Positions 18,943 through 28,317 of a stretch of DNA of 64,000 nucleotides are shown piece by piece. Below the pieces are notes generated by a model. It was not told where the DNA came from, did no database searches, and was given only the letters and a program-made list of their open reading frames with translations. The first letter of the stretch is position 1. Each line of letters starts with the position of its first letter. Source of the DNA: an uncultured Desulfosarcina sp. GTDB lineage: Bacteria; Desulfobacterota; Desulfobacteria; Desulfobacterales; Desulfosarcinaceae. The translations under genes and the position numbers were made by a program. The stretch covers positions 928,001 through 992,000 of the forward strand of contig CAXXWQ010000004.1 in the NCBI GenBank assembly GCA_963674945.2, in the 5' to 3' direction.

Positions 18943-19503
18943 ATGGATATCGCTGAAAAACTCGAAAAAAAATTTGCTCGGCCTCTCACCGCAAAAGAGT
19001 TGATGGCCACGAGCTGTTTGTTGATTGCCGTATGGATGAATAAATGTTTGGACGAAGTGAAATCCCACTTTTTGAAACAACACATGAAGAAAGTGGACAT
19101 ATCCAAACGGGGAAGCAATGGTGACAAGTCCAGAACGGTACCGATGTCACAAACGCTATCCGAAGCGATGAAAAAACATTTTTCGTTGATGGACGATCGT
19201 ATCTCGAATCCAAAAACGAAAGTCCTGTGGGATGAAACCCTGGCCTTTCCGTCACTGCGGACCGGCAAGCAATTAACAGACATTCGCCGGCCATTATGGA
19301 ACGTGATTGAAAAACCCGATATCTCGAGAAAGGTGATGCCGCATATTTTGCGACACAGCTTTGCAACCCACATGTTTGAAGCCGACGCGGATTTGAGAAC
19401 GATCCAGGAATTATTGGGCCATGAAGATATTGCCACAACCCAGGTGTACAAGCACGTTGCCATCAATAAGAAGAGGACAGTCATTGATTTGCTCAAACAA
19501 TAA
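18943..19503 (+). pseudogene. Integrase copy 2: C-terminal third only, fused to an upstream remnant
   Basis: Homology to copy 1 starts at GDK.RT, so the catalytic Arg and N-terminal domains are missing. Confidence 0.85.
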
Positions 19504-19593
19504 CCAATATGACTTTGGACGGCTGATGACAAGCTTGTCATTTTTTCTTCGATTATTTATAGTTTTTTCGGTTACTTATTCTATAACCACCAA

Positions 19594-19639
19594 ACTCTTA
19601 ATCAGTAGGTTGAAGGTTCGATTCCTTCACGGCCCACCA
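19594..19639 (+). mobile_element. att core = 3' half of tRNA-Lys(CTT), junction 2
   Basis: Identical to 7777-7822; followed by a terminator (19661-19699) and a degenerate second half (~19717-19760). Confidence 0.9.
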
Positions 19640-19861
19640 TCATTCATTTTTATGTTTAATAACGGGAAGTTAGGCTGTTTTGTTGCTTCCCGTTTTTTTG
19701 TACTTTCTTCCATTATTTTAATCAGTTGGTTGAAGATTTGATTGCTTCACGAACAAACCATAAATACTAAGCGAAATCGGTTATTTACACCTGTTTCGCT
19801 TTTTTGTTTTTTAGGGAGTCTCCATTAAAAAAATAACAAGGAAATGACAAGGTGGACAAGC

Positions 19862-20036
19862 GGATAGTAAACCCTCCAATGATTGCCGGCAAGATGAAGT
19901 CTCCCGGGATAGCACTGCCGCCTAAATCGAGACTGCCCTTCATCTTTCCCTTGAATTCGGCCATTGCGCTTTCGGTCTCATCCCGCAAGGCGAGCAGACG
20001 TTTGGCGTACTGGTATAGCAAGACGTCCACCCTTTC
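19862..20036 (-). pseudogene. Internal fragment of a LysR-family regulator
   Basis: LLYQYAKRLLALRDETESAMAEFKGKMKGSLDLGGSAIPGDFILPAIIGGF; cut by the IS66 end. Confidence 0.7.
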
Positions 20037-20117
20037 GTGTGTTTTCGGCAAGCGTGCATGAAATCCGCTGAGAGATGGGATATTATCGGTTGACCCCAAT
20101 AATAAGGAGGCCCGCCG

Positions 20118-20531
20118 ATGAATGACGATATCCAAGATGTTTCTATAATCGCTCCCAGCCTTGAGCAAGTTCAACAGCGGTTTGAATCCTGGCGAAAGCT
20201 GCGAAAGAAACGCACCCGAATTCCCCAAAACCTTTGGCAGGCAGCGGTCGCGCTATCAGAAGAGTACTCCATCTACCACCTGTCAAAGGCCCTGCGTGTA
20301 AACTACACGACGTTAAAGAAAAAAGTTGCCGGTACTCACTTGCCGGAAGAACACCCGTGCGAGATTTTCTCCACACCCTTTATAGAATTGCCGGCTCCGG
20401 CACCCCTTCTACCTGAATCCACCATCGAAATGATCAAAACGAACGGTTCGGTCATGAGAATGAATGTAAAAGGAGCCACCTGTTCCGATCTGGTGGAACT
20501 GGGAAAAGCATTTTTGGCTATGGCTTCATGA
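20118..20531 (+). CDS. tnpA: IS66 accessory protein TnpA-like
   Basis: F..WR......RIP..LW..A..L HTH-like segment; ATGA overlap with tnpB. Confidence 0.7.
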   Translation: MNDDIQDVSIIAPSLEQVQQRFESWRKLRKKRTRIPQNLWQAAVALSEEYSIYHLSKALRVNYTTLKKKVAGTHLPEEHPCEIFSTPFIELPAPAPLLPESTIEMIKTNGSVMRMNVKGATCSDLVELGKAFLAMAS

Positions 20532-20884
20532 TTGCCATCACGCCACACATGCGGATTTTTGTTGCAGTGGAGCCGGCTGATTTTCGAAAAGGCATCGACG
20601 GATTAGCCAAGCTTTGCCGTGACCATCTCAAGGCGGACCCATTTTCCGGTGCCGTATTTGTTTTTCGCAACAAACGGGCCACGGCATTGAAAATTATTGT
20701 ATACGACGGCCAGGGATTCTGGCTTTGTCAAAAGCGGCTGTCGAAAGGGCGGTTTACCTGGTGGCCCAATGGCACGGATGATGTCTTGCGTCGGCTCAAT
20801 GCGTATCAACTGCAATCGCTGATTTGGAACGGAGACCTTGCCACCATCGAGGTCGCCCCGCATTGGAAAAAGATTCATGCATAG
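20528..20884 (+). CDS. tnpB: IS66 accessory protein TnpB
   Basis: DFRKGIDGL, FVFRN, YDGQGFWLCQKRLSKGRF.W. Confidence 0.9.
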   Translation: MIAITPHMRIFVAVEPADFRKGIDGLAKLCRDHLKADPFSGAVFVFRNKRATALKIIVYDGQGFWLCQKRLSKGRFTWWPNGTDDVLRRLNAYQLQSLIWNGDLATIEVAPHWKKIHA

Positions 20885-20916
20885 GGGCTTGCGTTCCAGT
20901 AACGAGTGTGCTATGA

Positions 20917-21810
20917 ATGCCGACCATGGAAACGATTCTCACCTACCGCGGCAAAACCGTAACAGTTCAGGATGCGGCGTTTATCCAGCAGCTGATCGAC
21001 CGAAACCCGAGCGACAGCCGAAGACGCCTTTCCGTCAAACTTTGCCAAGCCTGGGATTGGCGCCAAGCCAACGGCGCCTTTCGGGATATGGTCTGCCGGG
21101 GCTTGATGCTCGCTCTTCACCGGGCCGGGCACATTCGATTGCCGGCCAAAAAAATGACCCCGAACAATCCTTTGGCCAGACGAAAAGAGCCTGAGAACAT
21201 CACCATTGAGCGATGCCCGATAGAAAGCAAGCTGTCAGCCATTACCCCCCTTACATTCCGACAGGTTCGCCGAACCGATGCCGAACCGTTGTTCAACAGC
21301 TTGTTGGAACAGTACCATTATTTGGGCTACACCCAGCCGGTCGGTGAACACCTGAAATACATCGTTTATTCTCAAAAGCGGCCCATCGCGTGCCTGTCCT
21401 GGTCATCGGCCGCCAGGCATATCGGATGCCGTGACCGGTTCATCGGTTGGTCCCAGCATCGGCGAATGGCGAACCTGCATTTGATGGCATACAACAGCCG
21501 CTTTTTGATATTGCCCTGGGTTCGCGTATCACACCTGGCCTCTCATATTCTGGGGCGGATGCGTCGTATCCTGCCAACGGATTGGCAAGCGATATACAAT
21601 CATCCCATTTATTATCTGGAAACCTTCGTGGACAAGGACCGGTTTGCCGGCACCTGTTACAACGCCGCCAACTGGATTTACCTGGGAGATACCACCGGCC
21701 GTGGGAAGAATGACCAAACCCACCGGCCGAACCGATCCATCAAAGCGGTTTGGGGATATCCGCTGGTCAAGATGTTCAGATCTCGTCTTACCGCAGGAAA
21801 AAGCGCATGA
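20917..21810 (+). CDS. DUF4338 (DruA-like) protein inside IS66
   Basis: HYLGY....GE.L.Y, RD.FIGW, NSRFLILPW...HLAS..L, ETFVD..RFAGTCY.AANW..LG.T.GRG. Confidence 0.8.
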   Translation: MPTMETILTYRGKTVTVQDAAFIQQLIDRNPSDSRRRLSVKLCQAWDWRQANGAFRDMVCRGLMLALHRAGHIRLPAKKMTPNNPLARRKEPENITIERCPIESKLSAITPLTFRQVRRTDAEPLFNSLLEQYHYLGYTQPVGEHLKYIVYSQKRPIACLSWSSAARHIGCRDRFIGWSQHRRMANLHLMAYNSRFLILPWVRVSHLASHILGRMRRILPTDWQAIYNHPIYYLETFVDKDRFAGTCYNAANWIYLGDTTGRGKNDQTHRPNRSIKAVWGYPLVKMFRSRLTAGKSA

Positions 21811-23366
21811 CACCGCCGCCCATCGAACTTTCGGCCGAGGAGCTTAACGCACTGATCGATCGGGTCAAATCTCGCAGCCTTTTGGATAAGGATTATGCAA
21901 CTATTGCGGCCATGGGCGAGACGATCAACGTGTTGAGTCACAGTGTGGATGAAAAAGCCGCATCCATCAAACGCTTGCTGAAAATGATCTTCGGCGCATC
22001 CACGGAAAAAACCGATACCATTGTCAAAAAACGAAAACCGAAGAGCGCTGATAAAACGCCCAAGGCCAAGAAAAAAGGCCATGGCCGAAATGGGGCTGAT
22101 GATTACACCGGTGCCGAGAAGATCACGGTGTCTCATGGTGAGCTTAAACATAAAGATCCGTGCCCGCTTTGTCCCAAGGGCAAGGTCTATGTATATAAAC
22201 AGCCCAAAACCCTCATCCGTGTCACCGGCACCTCGCCGTTAACAGCGTCGATATACGAGCTGGAAAAATTGCGCTGTAATCTGTGTGGAGAGATTTTTAC
22301 GGCCGATGCCCCACGGGATGTCGGCGAGGAAAAATACGATGCATCCGCCGGAGCAATGATTGCTCTTTTAAAATATGGCAACGGCTTTCCTTTCTACCGG
22401 CTTCAAAATCTGCAGGACAGTATCGGCATACCGCTGCCTGCATCGACCCAATGGGATATTGTCAGGGATTTTTATTGGCACGCCTACCCGGCCTTTGATG
22501 AACTGATCCGGCAAGCGGCTGGCGCAAAGCTGATCCATAATGACGACACCACCATGAAAATTCTTTCTTTGGTCAACGAAACACAAGATGCCAAAAGAAA
22601 GGGCATTTTTACCAGCGGCATGGTGGCGGTGTCGGACGATCACAAAATCGGGCTGTTTTTTACCGGAAACAACCATGCCGGAGAAAACCTGGCGGATCTA
22701 CTTACCAAGCGCCAGGCCGATCTGGGTCCGCCGATCCAGATGTGCGACGCGCTGTCGAGAAATGTGCCCAAGGATTTTGAAACCCTTTTGGCCAACTGCA
22801 TCTCACATGGAAGGCGGCGCTTCGTGGATGTATACGATAACTTCCCGGACGAATGCACTCATGTACTCAACGTGTTGGGCAAGGTGTATAAAAACGATGC
22901 CGATGCCAGGGAGCAAAACCTTTCTGACGATCAGCGCCTCGAATACCATCGGAACCATAGCGGTTCGTTGATGAAGGATCTTAGAGACTGGTTTGATGAG
23001 CAGTTCGAGGAAAAAAATGTGGAGCCCAACTCCGGGCTTGGCCAGGCCATCAAGTATATGTGCAACCACTGGGAGAAACTGACCCTGTTTTTACGTCAGC
23101 CGGGTGCCCCGTTAGACAATAATGTTTGTGAACGCGCCTTGAAAAAAGCGATTTTGAATCGGAAAAACGCCTTGTTCTACAAGACTGAACGTGGTGCCCG
23201 AGTCGGTGACCTGTTTATGAGCCTGATCCACACCTGCGAACTATGCACTGCAAATCCTTTTGACTATCTGGTTGCCATCCGGGAACACTCAGAGCAGGTG
23301 AAAGCCCGCCCGGATCAATGGATGCCGTGGAATTATGAACGGCAGACCTCTGAAATCAACTCCTAA
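21807..23366 (+). CDS. tnpC: IS66 DDE transposase TnpC
   Basis: Zinc finger CP.C..RC..CG, DDTT, C..H.RRRF, DNN.CERALK; ATGA overlap with DUF4338. Confidence 0.9.
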   Translation: MTPPPIELSAEELNALIDRVKSRSLLDKDYATIAAMGETINVLSHSVDEKAASIKRLLKMIFGASTEKTDTIVKKRKPKSADKTPKAKKKGHGRNGADDYTGAEKITVSHGELKHKDPCPLCPKGKVYVYKQPKTLIRVTGTSPLTASIYELEKLRCNLCGEIFTADAPRDVGEEKYDASAGAMIALLKYGNGFPFYRLQNLQDSIGIPLPASTQWDIVRDFYWHAYPAFDELIRQAAGAKLIHNDDTTMKILSLVNETQDAKRKGIFTSGMVAVSDDHKIGLFFTGNNHAGENLADLLTKRQADLGPPIQMCDALSRNVPKDFETLLANCISHGRRRFVDVYDNFPDECTHVLNVLGKVYKNDADAREQNLSDDQRLEYHRNHSGSLMKDLRDWFDEQFEEKNVEPNSGLGQAIKYMCNHWEKLTLFLRQPGAPLDNNVCERALKKAILNRKNALFYKTERGARVGDLFMSLIHTCELCTANPFDYLVAIREHSEQVKARPDQWMPWNYERQTSEINS

Positions 23367-23521
23367 CCGTGGGCAGGGGCTTATCACCCTGCCTACGTAG
23401 CCATTCTGTCAGCACCGTAGCCCCGCCTTGAGAAAAATCTGCTTACGCACCGTTGCCGAAAGGACACCTTTGCAAGGCGATCGATTCCGTGTCTCATTTT
23501 GGACTTAATAACTGTTGAAAC

Positions 23522-23561
23522 TTGACACATTGGTTTCATTTGGGTATCTTGACAGTGTCAA
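23522..23561 (+). promoter_or_regulatory. Promoter TTGACA-17-TATCTT with palindrome TTGACAGTGTCAA
   Basis: Directly upstream of the Xre-RES pair. Confidence 0.6.
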
Positions 23562-23592
23562 ATAAAACTATCAGATTGAAGGGCTTTGAACA

Positions 23593-23997
23593 ATGGAACA
23601 AACCTGCTTGGCATCGCTCGGATCAGAAAACAACCAAAGCCTGATCGCCCTGTGCAAATCTGGTTTAAGTGCCAAAATATTTGATGAAGTGGCCGATTGT
23701 TTACAGGTGCCGGACATCCGCCTAGCCAACATCATCAATTTAAAAAAAAGCACGCTCATCAGGCGAAAACGTGAAGGTCGGCTAAATTTTGAAGAGTCAG
23801 AACGGCTGTATCGTATCGTTCGACTGTTTAACATGGCTGAAAAAATTTTAGGCTCAGGTGAACATGCGCGGGAATGGCTGAACACACCCTCCAATGATTT
23901 CGAGGGCAAATCACCGCTCGATTATGCGGATAATGAAATCGGTGCAAGGGAGGTTGAGGCCGTATTAGACAGGATCGGTGACGGAGTGATCTTTTGA
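23593..23997 (+). CDS. Xre/MbcA/ParS-type antitoxin
   Basis: TL.RRK..GRL..EESERLYRI.R, WL..P...F.G..PL, GA..V..VL.RI..G. Confidence 0.88.
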   Translation: MEQTCLASLGSENNQSLIALCKSGLSAKIFDEVADCLQVPDIRLANIINLKKSTLIRRKREGRLNFEESERLYRIVRLFNMAEKILGSGEHAREWLNTPSNDFEGKSPLDYADNEIGAREVEAVLDRIGDGVIF

Positions 23998-24455
23998 TCA
24001 GAGCCTGGCGTCTCGTTGCGGCTACATATGCCGACCGGATCATGTCTGGAGGCGGTGCTTTCCGCCATGGAGGGCGATGGAACAGCCAGGGAAGAGCTGT
24101 GGTTTATATGTCTGAAAGCCTGTCACTCTGCGTTCTTGAGAACCTGGTGCACATGGTAAAACTGCCCGTGATGCGTAGCTTCAAGAGCATATGGGTGGAT
24201 ATCCCCGAATCATTAATTCACGCTTTAGAAAAAAAAGATCTGCCCTCTTCATGGAAAGAATTACCTGCTCCGGAAGCCACTAAAGAGATCGGCGACAAAT
24301 GGTTTGATGCAAAGGTGTCTGCTGTTTTGAAAGTGCCAAGTACTGTTGTTTCGGATGAATGGAACTTTGCACTTAATCCGGCACATCCGGATTTCGAAAA
24401 ATTGGTAATTGGTGAGATCCGCGATTTTGAATTCGATGAACGTCTATATCCATAG
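23994..24455 (+). CDS. RES-domain toxin (NAD+ phosphorylase/ADP-ribosyltransferase type)
   Basis: AWR, GGRWNS.G..VVY.SES.SL..LE, VPS.V...E.N..LNP.HPDF. Confidence 0.9.
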   Translation: MIRAWRLVAATYADRIMSGGGAFRHGGRWNSQGRAVVYMSESLSLCVLENLVHMVKLPVMRSFKSIWVDIPESLIHALEKKDLPSSWKELPAPEATKEIGDKWFDAKVSAVLKVPSTVVSDEWNFALNPAHPDFEKLVIGEIRDFEFDERLYP

Positions 24456-24602
24456 ATACTATCACTAATTCAGACAGGCCCGATTATTGGATTTGACTCA
24501 CAATGGAACGAAAAATTACGCTAAACTTATAGATGCCCGGTTGTGGGGTTTGTTTAGATATAGGGAAAAATCCAACAATCTTGTTTCAATCCGCCGGTTC
24601 CG

Positions 24603-24646
24603 GTCCAGAGCGTCTTTAAAAATCCAGAAACAAAAAAGTCATTCAC
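24603..24646 (-). pseudogene. Remnant (~15 codons) of the NTase toxin, copy 2
   Basis: MNDFFVSGFLKTLW matches the 11416 gene start, then unrelated sequence. Confidence 0.8.
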
Positions 24647-25751
24647 TCCGATTCACCTTTTCAAATAAAGGTTTAATCTTTTTGTCCAATAAATGCTCAG
24701 CCTGCTCCAGACCGCGAATTGGATAGCTATGTAGATCCAGATACAGCTGAATATCTGAGACAACTCGAAGGCTATCGATAATTCGGCTGTCATGAAAAAC
24801 GGAATGCTTGTAATAGGGAAGCATCAAAATCAGATTTGCCCCTTGTTCTGCGTTTTCAAGGTTCATCTGTTTTTCAAAATACTCCAATGCCTTTTCATTG
24901 CCGACGTACATATGAACTTCTTGATAAGCAGCATATGAGGCAACCAGATTGCCGCCGGCCTGAACACTAAGCGCATAATTGACATTGGAAGGTATTTTCA
25001 GATTTCGAATCTTATCCAAAACGTCAACCGAACTCGTTGCCATCAAAAAATAGCTGAAATTTTTGTTTTTATTGAAATTATAATTTCTGGTCCAGTCATC
25101 GAGGATGCCTACAGGATCTCGAAGTTTTATTTTGGAATTAATGCGTGAAATATATTTTCGTTTTTCAAGCTCTTTTGCCATGCGCGAAACAAAACCTGGA
25201 TCCAAATGAACCCTTTGGGCCAACTCCCTGACTCCCCACAGATGCCCCGCATCTTTAAGAATAGATCGAAGGATGAGACTGGCTTTATCTGAAAACGGCC
25301 CCCTGCCCTTCCGTTCTTCCGGAAACTTATTTGGGAAACCAGTTCGCTCCACATAGAGGCTTCTAAATTTGATGAACACGTTTCCGGAAAGGTCAATAAA
25401 ACAAACACCCTGATCCCGACAAATGTTCTGCCGCCGTTGGCTTAAATAAGGAGCAGCCAATACCGGCACTGCATCATTAGACGCGTTTGCTATCGTCTTG
25501 AGTCTGGATATCTTGTCTTTCAACACTGAAAGACTGGTTTTCGCCACAACCTCAATAGTCAACTGAAAACGCAAATCACCATACCGGACTCGAGCAACAA
25601 GATCTGGCGAATCGGCTTCGTTTGATATCGAGTCTGGCACCATGTTGATTTTCAGATCGTCTAAAGATAGAAGCCCTTCTAAGGATCTTTCCAGCTCTTT
25701 TTTTATTTTTTGTTCAGATCTCATGTTGTCTACTTTTAGAATGTTGTCCAT
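24639..25751 (-). CDS. AbiEi-family antitoxin (370 aa), copy 2
   Basis: Near-identical paralog of 11409-12521. Confidence 0.8.
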   Translation of the reverse strand: MDNILKVDNMRSEQKIKKELERSLEGLLSLDDLKINMVPDSISNEADSPDLVARVRYGDLRFQLTIEVVAKTSLSVLKDKISRLKTIANASNDAVPVLAAPYLSQRRQNICRDQGVCFIDLSGNVFIKFRSLYVERTGFPNKFPEERKGRGPFSDKASLILRSILKDAGHLWGVRELAQRVHLDPGFVSRMAKELEKRKYISRINSKIKLRDPVGILDDWTRNYNFNKNKNFSYFLMATSSVDVLDKIRNLKIPSNVNYALSVQAGGNLVASYAAYQEVHMYVGNEKALEYFEKQMNLENAEQGANLILMLPYYKHSVFHDSRIIDSLRVVSDIQLYLDLHSYPIRGLEQAEHLLDKKIKPLFEKVNRSE

Positions 25752-25825
25752 TTGGACAACAAATTAATTAAAAACAACACTCACGTCAAGAATAAATTTG
25801 AAGTAACCATATGGAGAGGTGATCT

Positions 25826-26010
25826 ATGACAACGATTAATCGCAAAGAACTCTATAAAAAGGTATGGGAAGCGCCCATCACTCGATTGTCAAAGGAATAT
25901 GGCTTGTCTGATGTGGGCTTTGCCAAGATATGCAGAAAACACAATATACCACGGCCGCCACGGGGATATTGGGCCAGAAAGGCGGCCGGATACAGGGTAA
26001 AACGGATCCC
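25826..26010 (+). pseudogene. Truncated copy of the 399-aa hypothetical gene
   Basis: Matches the 12596 gene for ~61 codons, then diverges. Confidence 0.8.
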
Positions 26011-26239
26011 ATTTCTCCGCCAACAGACGGGAGAAAGAAAAGACCGCGCCCCAGCCGTCGGCCGTGCCGCCCTGCCGGCGCTCATCCATGTGCCACATGG
26101 TGAGAGGGTTTCAAATTTGCGTGCCCCCCCGTCTTATCGCGGCGAAGCTGAAAGCGTAGACGGAAGCGACGATAAGGGTGAAGCCGTTGTAGGCTACTGC
26201 GATTCCTTGGTAACAACGATACATCCATTGATATTGATA

Positions 26240-26401
26240 AATGCTGGTGGCTGATAATGTGTAGTAGCCTAGTACAGCGGGACTATTAGTTTCCACGAGT
26301 ACGAATGTGGCTGCCACGTGTTTGCGGATATCCTGGCCGGCTTGCCTGTGCAGATAGCGGTCCAGGACAACTTTGCTGCATGTAAAAACTTTGCGATTGT
26401 G
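26240..26401 (-). pseudogene. GNAT acetyltransferase toxin fragment
   Basis: HNRKVFTCSKVVLDRYLHRQAGQDIRKHVAATFVLV...VLGYYTLSATSI; C-terminal half absent. Confidence 0.7.
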
Positions 26402-26473
26402 GCTGTATTGATCAAACGATGCACATGATACGTCCCCCGTTCTACCCTTTAAATTAGATATGCGATACGGTTA

Positions 26474-26520
26474 CTATTCTGTGCAAATTGGAACCCCATA
26501 TTCCAATTTGCACAGAATAG
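26474..26520. repeat. Perfect 20-bp inverted repeat with a 7-nt loop
   Basis: CTATTCTGTGCAAATTGGAA-CCCCATA-TTCCAATTTGCACAGAATAG, followed by TTGACA at 26523. Confidence 0.9.
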
Positions 26521-26550
26521 CCTTGACAGAGTCTCACCGCTTATTTAATC

Positions 26551-27732
26551 ATGCTGAATATGAAAGATTATATTCCGCGCCGAATCACCTCTGACATAGA
26601 GCGAAAATTCAAAACCACACCAGCGGTTGCGATTTTGGGACCGCGCCAGTGCGGAAAGACCACTCTTGCCAAGCGAATCCTTTCAACGCTGACATCGTCT
26701 GTTTACCTGGACCTGGAAAGGCGTGCCGATCTTAATAAACTTCGCGACCCGGATGCTTTTTTTGATTTAAACAAAGATCGGCTGATTTGTCTGGATGAAA
26801 TACAGCGCGTGCCGGAGTTGTTTCCGGAAATGCGATCGAGCATCGACAGACAGGATAAACCGGGTCAATTTTTACTTTTGGGTTCGGCTTCTCCCGAGTT
26901 GCTCCAACAAAGCTCCGAGTCCCTTGCCGGGCGAATCTCTTACGTAGAGTTGGCCCCTTTTAGCCTTCAGGAACTTAGCCCGCAGAGAATCGATTTGGAC
27001 TTGATGCGAACCCTCTGGCGAAGGGGCGGTTTTCCCCGCAGCTATCTGGTTGGTGATGAAGATGAAAGCTGGGAATGGCGTCGGGATTTCATCCGTACTT
27101 TTCTTCAAAGAGACATCCCACAACTGGGAATTCGGATACCGCAAAGGCGGCTTGAGCGTTTCTGGACTATGTGCGCTCATATCCACGGTCAGTTGTTGAA
27201 CCGCTCAAAATTGGGGGCGTCATTAGGAGTAAGCCACCATACGATCAATACCTATATCGATTTGCTTGACCAAACCTTTCTGCTGCGTGTGCTTGAGCCC
27301 TACCATGCCAATATAAAAAAACGTTTAATCAAATCGCCGAAAATTTTTTTGCGCGATACAGGCCTTTTACATGCGCTGCTGGACATAAAGAGCCATAATG
27401 ACCTGCTCGGGCATCCGACCTATGGATCGTCCTGGGAGAGCTTTGTCATTGAAAACACGTTAACCTCATCTCCGGAGTGGAAACCCTATTTCTACAGAAG
27501 TGCCGTGGGAGATGAAATTGACCTGTTGCTTCGAAAGGGGCGCCAACGGGTGGCCATTGAAATCAAAGCTTCGACATCCCCTGAGGTGACATCGGGATTC
27601 TGGCGGGCATTGAATGACTTAAACGTTGATAAAGCCATTATTGTAGCACCGGTTGAGTCGTCCTACCCATATAAAGGTGATATCCAAGTCATCCCACCAC
27701 AATCCGTCCGGGAGTACTTGGAATCCATATAA
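26551..27732 (+). CDS. AAA ATPase with DUF4143 (second, divergent paralog)
   Basis: GPRQCGKTT, LDEIQR, LLGSAS, ESLAGR, GGFP, SPKIFLRDTG, EID...AIEIK. Confidence 0.88.
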   Translation: MLNMKDYIPRRITSDIERKFKTTPAVAILGPRQCGKTTLAKRILSTLTSSVYLDLERRADLNKLRDPDAFFDLNKDRLICLDEIQRVPELFPEMRSSIDRQDKPGQFLLLGSASPELLQQSSESLAGRISYVELAPFSLQELSPQRIDLDLMRTLWRRGGFPRSYLVGDEDESWEWRRDFIRTFLQRDIPQLGIRIPQRRLERFWTMCAHIHGQLLNRSKLGASLGVSHHTINTYIDLLDQTFLLRVLEPYHANIKKRLIKSPKIFLRDTGLLHALLDIKSHNDLLGHPTYGSSWESFVIENTLTSSPEWKPYFYRSAVGDEIDLLLRKGRQRVAIEIKASTSPEVTSGFWRALNDLNVDKAIIVAPVESSYPYKGDIQVIPPQSVREYLESI

Positions 27733-28317
27733 ATCGTCCATTCTGAGAATTCGATGGCTGTCGAACAAGTCCCTAGCTTGTCGGCGCGAGAATAGCGCAG
27801 CCAATTTCCCGGCAGCCAATTCATTGAGATTCAGCACGGGAATTTCCGTTGCTCGCCACGTCCCGACAGCATGAGAATCTCTGATTGTCACTGGCCACAA
27901 TGGAACACGGAACATGAAATTAAGATCTACTTCTAAGTTACCACCCTGGCCAAGAGCGTTTTTATACCGCAACGACCACTTGCCTCCGGCGTGCTCTTCA
28001 GGCATCCGCCTGACAGTGAACCCCTCACGAGCAAAAACTGCCTGAACGGCTTGTTCGACCTTGGGGCGGTCAGCGAGCATGCCATCTCGATCTGCGGCTC
28101 CCACATAGTTCAAATCGATGTCGACAGAAAGCCGGGGTACATCAAAGACAAATAGGTTCAAGGCCGTTCCGCCCTTGAGCACCAGCTTCCCTTTGAGGAA
28201 TGGATGACTCCGCAATGCATCCAACAGCCCCAACAGCTGAGCAACCTTTTCGAGCATATCCGGCCTGAAGCCTGTCGCTTCCGCTTCGGCTGCAAGCTTC
28301 TCGGGAGAAATCTTCAT
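27729..28317 (-). pseudogene. AbiEii nucleotidyltransferase toxin, probably C-terminally truncated
   Basis: LKGGTALN, RLSVDIDLNY, AGKLAALF.R.QARDLFD. After ~196 aa it runs into antisense sequence of the convergent ATPase gene. Confidence 0.7.

Larger units (their letters stand above)
20037..23467 (+). mobile_element. IS66-family element with four genes (3431 bp)
   Basis: Terminal IRs GTGTGTTTTCGGCAAGCGTGC / GTGTCCTTTCGGCAACGGTGC; no target duplication visible. Confidence 0.85.

Noticed and set aside
20917..21810. Complete Druantia system
   Set aside because: No DruE-like helicase or other dru genes are present; the gene lies inside the IS66 IRs.
20029..23475. 8-bp IS66 target duplication
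   Set aside because: The left and right flanks do not match.
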